Program-made: the position numbers and the translations under genes
The notes under the pieces: model-generated
The model's database searches: none
The model's input: only the letters and a program-made list of their open reading frames with translations
Told to the model about the DNA's origin: nothing
Assembly: GCA_029821455.1 (NCBI GenBank)
Contig: JALGTI010000001.1
Location: 1-35,372 of the forward strand
Reading direction: 5' to 3'
Length of the DNA: 35,372 nt
DNA from: Candidatus Zipacnadia bacterium
GTDB lineage: Bacteria; Armatimonadota; Zipacnadia; Zipacnadales; Zipacnadaceae
Shown: in pieces, positions 9,626-17,604 of the stretch
Numbering within the stretch: position 1 is the stretch's first letter
Layout of the letters: the number at the start of each line of letters is the position of its first letter

Positions 9626-9654
9626 CCGTCGAACCCGCAGCTTGCCCTAGCCCT

Positions 9655-9678
9655 GTGCAGGCAGGATGCCTGCGCTAC
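9655..9678 (-). repeat. GTAG-type REP-like palindrome overlapping the dehydrogenase stop codon
   Basis: The minus strand reads GTAG-C-GCAGGCA-TCC-TGCCTGC-AC; the TAG stop is part of GTAG. Confidence 0.55.
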
Positions 9679-10826
9679 CGCAACTTGGCTTCCTTCAGGA
9701 GCCGGTTGGCGATAACTAGCCGCTGGATTTCGCTGGTGCCCTCGACTATCTCAAAGAGCTTCGCTTCGCGGAAGTAACGCTCCACTGCGTATTCCTTAGT
9801 ATAGCCGTAGCCGCCGTGGATCTGCACCGCCTCGTTGCAGACCCTTGAGCAGGCCTCGGATGCAAACACCTTGGCCATCGCCGCCTGCTTCTCAAAGTCC
9901 AGGCCCTCGTCCTTGCGCCAGGCGGCCTGGTAAGTAAGCAGACGGGAGCACTCAATATCCGTGGCCATATCGGCGAGCTTGAACTGGATGGCCTGGAACC
10001 CGCTAATGGGCTGGTCGAACTGCACTCGAGTCTGGGCGTATGCCACTGCAGCATCGTAGGCTGCCTGGGCCAGTCCGACAGCTCCGACGGCCATACCGAT
10101 GCGGCCAACGGCCAAGGTCTGCATCGTCACCCGGAAGCCACCCTTCTCCTTGTGCAGGATGTTCGCGGCTGGCACGCGGCAGTCGGTAAAGATTAGTTCG
10201 CGGTTGGACAGACTCTTGAAGGCCATCTTCTGCTCATCCTTGCCGAAGTCGAAGCCGGGCGTGCCCTTCTCCACGATGAAAGCGGTCAGGCCGCGCATCC
10301 CTCGGCTGGGGTCCGCATTGGCGATGATGACGTATAGTTCGGCATCGCCACCGTTGCTGATGAAGAGCTTGGAGCCATTGAGGATGTACTCATCGCCATC
10401 GCGCTCGGCTCGGGTTTGGACGTTGCCGGCGTCAGAGCCAGCGTCAGGCTCCGTCAGTCCAAATGCCCCGATCTTCTCACCAGTGGCCAGTGGGGCGAGG
10501 AACTTCTGCTTCTGCTCGTCGGTGCCAAAGTGCATAATGGGGTATTCGGCCAGCATATGAGCGCCATAGATAGCGCCGGTAGTAGTGCAGGCACCCGACA
10601 GCAGCTCACCGATCACCGCCCACTCCAGGAAGCCCAAGCCCATCCCGCCGTATTCTTCAGGGGCGGGGATGCCCATCAGGTCCAGCTTGCCGAGCTGGCG
10701 CACATTGTCCCAGGGATACTCGCCAGCCTCGTCAACCTCCTGCGCCCGGGGCTTGAGCACGTCGTCGCAGAACTCGCGGACGGCTGCGAATATCTCCTGT
10801 TGCTCTTCGGTAAAGGCGAAATCCAT
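9675..10826 (-). CDS. Acyl-CoA dehydrogenase family flavoprotein (Bcd/CarC-like), 383 aa
   Basis: GAFGLTEPDAGSD, LNGSKLFISNG, R.QFDQPI..FQAIQFKLADM, AVQIHGGYGY, catalytic Glu in EIVEGTSEIQR. ATG at 10826 follows an AAGGGAGG SD. Confidence 0.95.
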   Translation of the reverse strand: MDFAFTEEQQEIFAAVREFCDDVLKPRAQEVDEAGEYPWDNVRQLGKLDLMGIPAPEEYGGMGLGFLEWAVIGELLSGACTTTGAIYGAHMLAEYPIMHFGTDEQKQKFLAPLATGEKIGAFGLTEPDAGSDAGNVQTRAERDGDEYILNGSKLFISNGGDAELYVIIANADPSRGMRGLTAFIVEKGTPGFDFGKDEQKMAFKSLSNRELIFTDCRVPAANILHKEKGGFRVTMQTLAVGRIGMAVGAVGLAQAAYDAAVAYAQTRVQFDQPISGFQAIQFKLADMATDIECSRLLTYQAAWRKDEGLDFEKQAAMAKVFASEACSRVCNEAVQIHGGYGYTKEYAVERYFREAKLFEIVEGTSEIQRLVIANRLLKEAKLR

Positions 10827-10875
10827 CGGCGGATACCCTCCCTTGGCCGCATTGCAGAGGTGGAGGCAATGCCAG

Positions 10876-11889
10876 TTAGTCTTCGGCAGTGTAGGGGACC
10901 TTATCCCACCGCACCACAGCCGCCCCCAGCGTGAACCCCGCGCCAAATCCGACCAGCAAGACCAGGTCGCCGGGCGCCATATGCCCCTCGCGGTAGACCT
11001 CATCCAGGGCGATGGGAATGGAGGCGGCAGACGTGTTGCCGTAGCGGTCCACATTGACAACCACGCGCTCGTCCGGGACGCCTAGGCGCTTGGCGGCTGC
11101 ATCGAGAATGCGTTTATTGGCCTGGTGCATTACGACCCAGGCGATATCTTTGGCCTCAACACCAGCCTTTTCCATCGCAGTTTCGCCAACCTCGGGCACC
11201 CCACGTACCGCCAGCTTGTAGAGCTCGTGGCCTTCCATCCGGATGCAGTTTTCGTGCTGCGCCAGCAGTTCGGGAGTCAGTGGCTGGCGGGTGCCCCCCG
11301 CTGGCAGCTTCAGGAGGTCTCCGTGCTGGCCATAGGATTCCAGGACATAGGACAGCACCCCGGTGCCTGGCTCAGCCAGCCCCACAACAGCCGCGCCCGC
11401 GCCATCCCCGAACAGCACACAGGTGGAGCGGTCGGTCCAGTCGGTGATGCGTGTGAGTACTTCGCCGCTGATAACTAGTACGTAATCACAAGCCCCGTTT
11501 GATATCATTCCGTCTGCCAGTCCGATGCCATATATGAAGCCAGTGCAGCCGCTCACGAGATCAAAGGCGCCTGCATTTCTGGCCCCAATGCGATCCTGGA
11601 CAAGGCAGCCGGTGGCTGGAAAGGTCATATCCGGGGTGACGGTGCTGACGATCACCATATCAAGTTGCTCAGGCGAGACACCGGCATCGGCCAGGGCGCG
11701 CTCGGCAGCCGGGACGCACAGATCCGAGCAGGCCTGGTCATCAGTGGCTATCCGGCGCTCTCGAATACCGGTGTGGGTAACTATCCACTCATCGGTGGTA
11801 TCAACAATCCTCTCCAAGTCGGCATTGGAGAGGACCTTATCGGGGACGTATGAGCCCATCCCCCATATCTTCGAGCCTCGTTGCTGCAT
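10876..11889 (-). CDS. fabH: Beta-ketoacyl-ACP synthase III
   Basis: DTTDEWI..HTGIRERR; Cys-His-Asn triad (SGCTGF, HQANKRI, GNTSAAS); LFGDGAGA. Confidence 0.96.
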   Translation of the reverse strand: MQQRGSKIWGMGSYVPDKVLSNADLERIVDTTDEWIVTHTGIRERRIATDDQACSDLCVPAAERALADAGVSPEQLDMVIVSTVTPDMTFPATGCLVQDRIGARNAGAFDLVSGCTGFIYGIGLADGMISNGACDYVLVISGEVLTRITDWTDRSTCVLFGDGAGAAVVGLAEPGTGVLSYVLESYGQHGDLLKLPAGGTRQPLTPELLAQHENCIRMEGHELYKLAVRGVPEVGETAMEKAGVEAKDIAWVVMHQANKRILDAAAKRLGVPDERVVVNVDRYGNTSAASIPIALDEVYREGHMAPGDLVLLVGFGAGFTLGAAVVRWDKVPYTAED

Positions 11890-11930
11890 TGATACACTCG
11901 TTTCACAAGGTGTTGGCCCGGGACGGCCTG

Positions 11931-12941
11931 CTACTGTGCCAATTCCCTATCCTGGAGTTGTTCCACGACAGCGGCCAGGTGTTCAATCACGCGGCCCTCG
12001 ACGGCCCGCTGCGCCACCTGGATGGCGCTTTCAATGGCTCTGGCATCAGATCGTCCGTGGCTCACCACACAGATGCCATTCACACCCATCAGCAGGGCCC
12101 CGCCGTAAGTTGAATAATCAAAGAACTCCCCCAAATGCTTGAGCGGGCGCCGCATCAATAGTGCGCCCAGTTTTGCCATAAGGCTGCGCGCGATCTGGCC
12201 CCGCAGCTCGGTCAGCACGAAGTGGGCCATCCCTTCGCCAACCTTGAGGGCCACATTGCCAGCGAAGCCATCAGCCACTACCACATCAATCTCCCCGGAG
12301 AACAGGTCGTCACCCTCGACGTTACCGATGAAATTGACCGGCGCCTTACTCAGCAATCTGTGAGCGGCCAGGATAAGTTCGCTACCCTTGCCCTGCTCTT
12401 CCCCGATGCTCAGGAGGCCGACCTTGGGTTGCTTGACGCCCAGCGCGCGCTCACAATAGATGCTGGCCATGACACCGAACTGGGCGAGATGGATGGGCTT
12501 ACAGTCAGCATTGGCTCCGGCGTCAATCAGCACCCAGGCGCCTCGGTGACCGGGCAGCACTGCGCCGATGGCGGGGCGGTGGATGCCTGTCACCGGTGGC
12601 AAAGATAAGTGAGCGAGGGTCAGGAAGGCACCGCTGTTGCCGGCCGATACCACCGCCGAAGCCTCACGGTCACGAACCATTTGGATGGCGACGGCCAGCG
12701 AGGAATCGCGCTTGGTACGCAGTGCTGCGGTGGGGCTCTCACCCATCTCTATGACCTGGGAGGCCGGCCGGATTGTGACATTGGCAGGCAGACCGCCATG
12801 TTCGGCGACGACAGCGTCCAGGGCGTCCGGTTTGCCGACCAGCGCGATGTGAAGGTCAGTCCGGGCCGTGCAACTCAATGCGCCCTTGACTACCTCGTCA
12901 GGCGCATAGTCCCCTCCCATTGCGTCAACAGCTATCAACAT
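11931..12941 (-). CDS. plsX: Phosphate acyltransferase PlsX
   Basis: IAVDAMGGDYAP, SAGNSGA, DAGANAD, GNVEG.D, DGFAGNVALK, SHGRS. Confidence 0.97.
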   Translation of the reverse strand: MLIAVDAMGGDYAPDEVVKGALSCTARTDLHIALVGKPDALDAVVAEHGGLPANVTIRPASQVIEMGESPTAALRTKRDSSLAVAIQMVRDREASAVVSAGNSGAFLTLAHLSLPPVTGIHRPAIGAVLPGHRGAWVLIDAGANADCKPIHLAQFGVMASIYCERALGVKQPKVGLLSIGEEQGKGSELILAAHRLLSKAPVNFIGNVEGDDLFSGEIDVVVADGFAGNVALKVGEGMAHFVLTELRGQIARSLMAKLGALLMRRPLKHLGEFFDYSTYGGALLMGVNGICVVSHGRSDARAIESAIQVAQRAVEGRVIEHLAAVVEQLQDRELAQ

Positions 12942-12975
12942 AAGCTTAGCTTATATGCGCACCCGCATAGCCCCA

Positions 12976-13182
12976 CTAGGTCCCGTGGTGCTTCTTCTCC
13001 TCTTCGCGCACTGTGTGGTCAACCTTCTCGCCCTGGTAATAACCGCAAGCTTGGCAGGCGTTGTGTGCGCGTGTCATCTTGTGACATTGGGGGCACTCCA
13101 CCAGGGCTGGTAGCGATAACTTCTGATGGGTGCGCCGCTTTCGGGTGCGTGTATTGGAATGTTTGCGTTTGGGTAGAGCCAT
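12976..13182 (-). CDS. rpmF: 50S ribosomal protein bL32 (Zn-ribbon form)
   Basis: MALPKRKHSNTRTRKRR, CPQC...CQACGYY; lies between yceD and plsX. Confidence 0.96.
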   Translation of the reverse strand: MALPKRKHSNTRTRKRRTHQKLSLPALVECPQCHKMTRAHNACQACGYYQGEKVDHTVREEEKKHHGT

Positions 13183-13225
13183 AACCACTAAACTCCTCAG
13201 GGGGCCCCTTGGTGCATTGTCTGAA

Positions 13226-13726
13226 TTACTGGCCTGTTAGCTGCTTGAGGGGCATAAGGCGCGGGTCTATGTCATCTTGTTTGCAGTTGCATTTACCACG
13301 ATTGAGATCCGCACCGCAATGCGGACATAACCCCTTGCAGTCCGGGGCACATAGCACCCGCAACGGTGTATGCAATCCAAGCATCTGGCGCACCAGCTCA
13401 CTGAGGTCCACCGTCGCCTCATCTAGTAAAGGTATCTGGTCGCCAGCCGGCGGCTGGGGACTGTCTATCTGAGCCAGGGCGCACTCTTCGTTGACCTCAA
13501 TATCCAGCGGTACCTCGACCGGCTGCAAGCAGCGGCTGCATTCCATCCGCATGACAGTTTTGAGGTAGCCATGCGCGTTGATGCTACTGCCAGTATTGGT
13601 GAGGGCAATCCGCCCGCACACTGGCCCCACCAGGGGCCATTCAAGCCCCTCGGGCCCCTCATCATCCAGGTCGCAGACGGCCCGTCCCCCAACCTGGTTC
13701 AGTGTGCCGAACAGTTCATACCGCAT
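13226..13726 (-). CDS. yceD: YceD/DUF177 family protein
   Basis: CSRCL, LCAPDCKGLCPHCGADLN..KCNC, DPRL; canonical position upstream of rpmF. An alternative GTG start lies at 13756. Confidence 0.9.
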   Translation of the reverse strand: MRYELFGTLNQVGGRAVCDLDDEGPEGLEWPLVGPVCGRIALTNTGSSINAHGYLKTVMRMECSRCLQPVEVPLDIEVNEECALAQIDSPQPPAGDQIPLLDEATVDLSELVRQMLGLHTPLRVLCAPDCKGLCPHCGADLNRGKCNCKQDDIDPRLMPLKQLTGQ

Positions 13727-13779
13727 AATGACACCGCGGCCTTCCGGCCGCGGCACCTTAGGCCCTCAAGGTGCGCAGA

Positions 13780-13809
13780 AGTATACTCAATCAGACGCGC
13801 CCTTGTCAA
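13780..13809 (-). promoter_or_regulatory. Sigma70-type promoter for the yceD-rpmF-plsX-fab cluster
   Basis: Minus strand TTGACA (13809-13804), 18-nt spacer, TATACT (13785-13780), directly upstream of yceD. Confidence 0.75.
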
Positions 13810-13854
13810 GCTCACAGGCGTGTCGCCGGCCGGGCGATGGGCCTGGGTTTAAGC

Positions 13855-15741
13855 CTAGCCCGCTGGCCACGGGATGGTCAGCAGCGGCGAGCTCCACGGC
13901 CCAGCCGCGTCAGCCGCTTCCCCGTTGATAGTGCGACTGAGAACCTTATTGGCCCGCATATCCTCCACCAGCTCCATCGCGAGGTCATCGGCCGTGTATT
14001 TGATGGTGTGGACGAGCAGATGCTGATATACCAGGTCGGACTTGGACTTGGGCTTCCACTCCGTCAGCATCGGCGGCTTATCCGTAGCCTCTTCTTCGCG
14101 CAGCCGCTTTTTCTGATACTGGACGGTTTGGACAATGCGGGCGCGAGTGAGCGCCCGCGAGAACTTCTCCAGCGACTCGAAAGCCTCCAGGGGTGCAATG
14201 CGCACCATGAAGCCGGCTCGCATATTGTCCAGCGGCCGCCGCACCAGCGAGGTCTCCTTCCGGGCATAGATGCGCAGGGCGAGCTCAGCCTGGTCCCCCT
14301 CACCGATCCAGCCCAGCGTAGCCGGCTTCGGCCCCTCGCGCACATGCTTTGGCTGGGCGGCTCCACAATGCAGGGGCCGCACACCCAGATAGCAGTCCCG
14401 GGTCTGGACAGCCAGGCTGCTCATCTCCTCAACCCCGACTTCGTAGCCAGGCCACTCTTCACCGAACAGGAGCACCCGCTCAATCTGGTTCCTGGGACCC
14501 AGGATACCTTCCAGCCAGGCTTGCCGCCGGCCCCTGACCCCAAGCAGGTCGAAATCGGCGCTGACGACAGCCACGGAGCCGTGCTGGATGCTGGTGACGT
14601 GTGCGGGGCCGCCATGCAGGTAGAAGTAGCTGGTAGGCCGCCGGCCGCCGGCGCTGTAGGTCACCAGTCCCAGTATCGAATCATCTCCGATTTGGCCTGA
14701 TAACGTGCCCAGGGTGAAGTGGGGGTTGATGAATGTGTCCGTGCGGGTGACGCCGTCAGGCTTCTGGCAAGCGGTCGTGATGGTAGTCGGAAGTGGCGGC
14801 CGGGATACAGAGAACTGCGGGGCAGGAGGCGCGAGCAGGTAAACCGCGAACGGCTCAATGCCCGTCGGTTCCGGCCCGCCCAGGTCATAGTGGATGAGGT
14901 ATCTGGCCACCGAGCTTCCGCTTGCGTAGTCACCAGGGAAGGCGGCAGTCATAGCACCGCCTAGATATGAACCTGAGGCATCCACGCGCTGGACAAAGTC
15001 CAGCCACAGCAACTCATAGGCGCGTTCCAGTCCTGTCCCGCCAGCCCACTGCACCCACCGCACAGCCGCGACCTTCAGTGCATCATAGGTCGGGTTATGG
15101 CCCTCCGGCACACCATTGTGGCGGGCCTCCCGCCCCCAGTTGGAGGTCAGGCCAGCCTCTCGTCTGACTAGCTCCGTGTCATCGAGGGCGCGGCCAATAG
15201 CTGACAGGGCCGCTGCACGCAGCAACCGCGTTGTGCTGTCCTCGTCCTGCGTCCCACGTCGCTGCAGCGCGCCCTTGCATAGCCCGAGAGCCGCCAGCAA
15301 CTTCCCATTTAGCTCCTCACCGAGGACAGCCTCGCCATACGTGATCGTGACGTAGGCCAACAGCGGAGCAACGTAGAGAACCGCGTCAGGCTGATAATCA
15401 GCCTCCGGATTTCCCCGCCAGCGGAAGGTCCCCTGTGTCCCAGAGCCTGGTTCCACATCCTGATTCGCCAACACTGCCTCCAGCACGCCGCGCGCCATTT
15501 CCTGGTCGCCATCATTGCCAGCCAGAGCAGCAGCTACGAATCCGATGCTGCTGTCCACCAGGTTGGGGTCGCCGTATCTATCCTTGATGAGACTCGTGCC
15601 CTCATCCAGATTAGCCCGGCCATAGGCCACCACCACTTCTACCAGAGCGGGCCGGGTTTCTATCAGAGAGTATTGCGCCCATGCTGCAGTGCACATTAGC
15701 AGCAGGACCAAAGCAGATCCAATGCATCGCCCTCTTGCCAT
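13855..15741 (-). CDS. Secreted hypothetical protein (628 aa)
   Basis: Long ORF with a GAGGGGGAG SD; signal peptide MARGRCIGSALVLLLMCTAAWA; helical-looking N-half and beta-rich C-half. Confidence 0.75.
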   Translation of the reverse strand: MARGRCIGSALVLLLMCTAAWAQYSLIETRPALVEVVVAYGRANLDEGTSLIKDRYGDPNLVDSSIGFVAAALAGNDGDQEMARGVLEAVLANQDVEPGSGTQGTFRWRGNPEADYQPDAVLYVAPLLAYVTITYGEAVLGEELNGKLLAALGLCKGALQRRGTQDEDSTTRLLRAAALSAIGRALDDTELVRREAGLTSNWGREARHNGVPEGHNPTYDALKVAAVRWVQWAGGTGLERAYELLWLDFVQRVDASGSYLGGAMTAAFPGDYASGSSVARYLIHYDLGGPEPTGIEPFAVYLLAPPAPQFSVSRPPLPTTITTACQKPDGVTRTDTFINPHFTLGTLSGQIGDDSILGLVTYSAGGRRPTSYFYLHGGPAHVTSIQHGSVAVVSADFDLLGVRGRRQAWLEGILGPRNQIERVLLFGEEWPGYEVGVEEMSSLAVQTRDCYLGVRPLHCGAAQPKHVREGPKPATLGWIGEGDQAELALRIYARKETSLVRRPLDNMRAGFMVRIAPLEAFESLEKFSRALTRARIVQTVQYQKKRLREEEATDKPPMLTEWKPKSKSDLVYQHLLVHTIKYTADDLAMELVEDMRANKVLSRTINGEAADAAGPWSSPLLTIPWPAG

Positions 15742-15829
15742 AAGATACAAGCTCCCCTCAGTTGGCGGTGTCGGCTTGCGGCGCGTTTGGCCTCGGTTGC
15801 TGTGTTGGTTATGTTGTAGGACAGGCAAT

Positions 15830-15857
15830 TCAGCCGCCGGTTGCAACCGGCGGCTGA
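15830..15857. repeat. Perfect 28-bp palindrome downstream of rpsI (terminator-like or REP-like)
   Basis: TCAGCCGCCGGTTG|CAACCGGCGGCTGA is its own reverse complement. Confidence 0.7.
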
Positions 15858-15910
15858 GTATCGCTCATTGATGTTGGAGCTTGGCTGGCAGCCCCGCCAT
15901 CTGTAATAGC

Positions 15911-16303
15911 CTAGCGCTTGGAGAACTGCTTGCCCCGGCGGGCGCGGCGGAATCCGGCGTGCTTGCGCTCCTTGACCCTGGGGTCCCGGGTCAGGAGGCC
16001 CTCGGGTCCGAGTATGCCACGGTGCTCTTCCTGCATCACTACCAATGCCTTGGCGATTCCGTGGCGCACGGCTCCGGCCTGGCCGGCGATGCCGCCCCCC
16101 TTGGCGTAAGCGGTCACGTCAATTTCGCCAGCCGTCTGGGTCGCCAGGAGTGGCTGGCGCACCATCTCCTCGAGCTTAGTACGGTGGAAGTACTCGGCCG
16201 CCGCTTTGCCGTTGACGGTGATATTGCCTGTGCCCGGCTCTATCCAGACCCGCGCAACAGCGTCTTTGCGCCGACCTGTTCCATAGTATCTTTCCTCAGC
16301 CAA
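15911..16303 (-). CDS. rpsI: 30S ribosomal protein uS9
   Basis: YYGTGRRKDAVARV, GGGIAGQAGAVRHGI, LTRDPRVKERK, QFSKR. TTG start follows a GAGGAGG SD. Confidence 0.97.
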   Translation of the reverse strand: MAEERYYGTGRRKDAVARVWIEPGTGNITVNGKAAAEYFHRTKLEEMVRQPLLATQTAGEIDVTAYAKGGGIAGQAGAVRHGIAKALVVMQEEHRGILGPEGLLTRDPRVKERKHAGFRRARRGKQFSKR

Positions 16304-16326
16304 TTTACGAAGCCTCCTCAAAGCGC

Positions 16327-16764
16327 CTACAGCGACAGCTCCCGTGGCCGCTGGGCTTGATGGGGATGTTCACTGCCGGTGTAAACCTTCAACTTCTTAA
16401 GCTGCTTGCGTCCCAGAGATGTGTGGGGGAGCATTCCTCGGACCGCGCGGATGATCAGCTCTTCAGGCCTACGCTGCAACAGATGGCCCGCTTGCTCGCT
16501 CTTCAGAGCGCCTGGATAGCCAGAATGGCGATAGTAGATTTTTTGGGTGAGCTTGTTGCCAGTCAGCAAGACCTGCGCCGCATCGGTGACCACGATGAAA
16601 TCTCCGCAGTCAGTGTGCGGGGTGAAGGTTGGCTTGTGCTTGCCGCGCAATACGCTGGCCACACGCGCAGCCAAGCGCCCCAGTGGCTGGCCTGCAGCGC
16701 TAATCACCCACCAATCGTGGGCGGCTTCCTCGGCCTTGACGGAACGTGTCTTCAGATTGTCCAT
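16327..16764 (-). CDS. rplM: 50S ribosomal protein uL13
   Basis: LGRLAARVASVLRGKHKPTFTPHTDCGD, YYRHSGYPG, HPHQAQ. Confidence 0.97.
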   Translation of the reverse strand: MDNLKTRSVKAEEAAHDWWVISAAGQPLGRLAARVASVLRGKHKPTFTPHTDCGDFIVVTDAAQVLLTGNKLTQKIYYRHSGYPGALKSEQAGHLLQRRPEELIIRAVRGMLPHTSLGRKQLKKLKVYTGSEHPHQAQRPRELSL

Positions 16765-16812
16765 CTTCTACTACTCCTCTTAAATGCTGTGCGTCGCCAG
16801 TCCAGTAGTGTT

Positions 16813-17553
16813 TCAGTAGTCAATCCGTAGCAGGCACAGGCCCTGAGGCGGAGCGGTCGGGCCGGCCTGGTCACGGTCTCTGCTGGCAAGGATAGCAGCC
16901 ACATCATATGGTTCCAGGCGTCCGGCGGCCACCTCTACCAGGGTCCCCACCATAATCCGCACCATCATATATAAGAAGCCATCGCCCTCAAAGTGCAGCT
17001 CGATAATGTCGCCCTCCCGCTGGCAGTCCAGCCTGTAGAGCGTGCGCACAGTTTGCTTGACGTTACTGCCGGCTGCGCAGAAGGCCGCGAAATCATGCTC
17101 TCCTATCAGCCACTGTGTCGCTTCCTGCAGCGCCTCTACATCCAGTGGCTCCGGCAGATGCCATGCGTAGCGGGCGATGAAGGGCGAGCCAGCTTCTCGA
17201 TTCAAGATGCGATACGAGTATAGCTTACCGCGAGCGTCGAAGCGCGGATGGAACTGCAGGCTAACCTCTGCCACGTCAAGGATATTCACTGCCAGCGGCA
17301 GATGGTCGTTCGCCGCGCGCTTCAGGTTCGGCAATGGAATGGGCCGGTCGGTCTCGAACGTCACCACCTGGCCCATCGCATGGACGCCTGCATCGGTGCG
17401 ACTGGCAAATGTCAATTTCACGTCGTGGCCAAGCACTACAGCCAGCGCCCTCTGCAGTTCGTCCTGGATGGTGGGGGCATTAGGCTGCGACTGCATGCCA
17501 CCATAGTCGGTGCCATCGTACTGCACAGTCAGCATTGCCCTGCGGGTAGCCAT
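16813..17553 (-). CDS. truA: tRNA pseudouridine(38-40) synthase
   Basis: YDGTDYGG.Q, SRTDAGVHAMGQV, HDFAAF, GFLYMMVRIMVG, TAPPQGL. Confidence 0.96.
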   Translation of the reverse strand: MATRRAMLTVQYDGTDYGGMQSQPNAPTIQDELQRALAVVLGHDVKLTFASRTDAGVHAMGQVVTFETDRPIPLPNLKRAANDHLPLAVNILDVAEVSLQFHPRFDARGKLYSYRILNREAGSPFIARYAWHLPEPLDVEALQEATQWLIGEHDFAAFCAAGSNVKQTVRTLYRLDCQREGDIIELHFEGDGFLYMMVRIMVGTLVEVAAGRLEPYDVAAILASRDRDQAGPTAPPQGLCLLRIDY

Positions 17554-17604
17554 CGGCGGTCTCTCCGGCAGGCCCTAAACACAAGGCACCTCACCAAGGT
17601 CTCT

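Noticed and set aside
10827-11060. 78-aa N-terminal extension of the dehydrogenase in the ORF track, overlapping fabH (possible fusion or frameshift)
   Set aside because: fabH ends normally at 10876, and the ACAD has its own strong SD and a typical MDF.FTEEQ start at 10826. The extension is an open-frame artefact.
4184-12941. Absence of fabZ and acc genes from the fab cluster
   Set aside because: These genes are frequently located elsewhere (fabZ often with lpx genes in diderms), so their absence is uninformative.
13771-14700. 309-aa plus-strand ORF, and similar ones such as 30591-31430, 5842-6573 and 28503-29216
   Set aside because: These are antisense shadows of real minus-strand genes, expected in GC-rich DNA, with no recognisable motifs.
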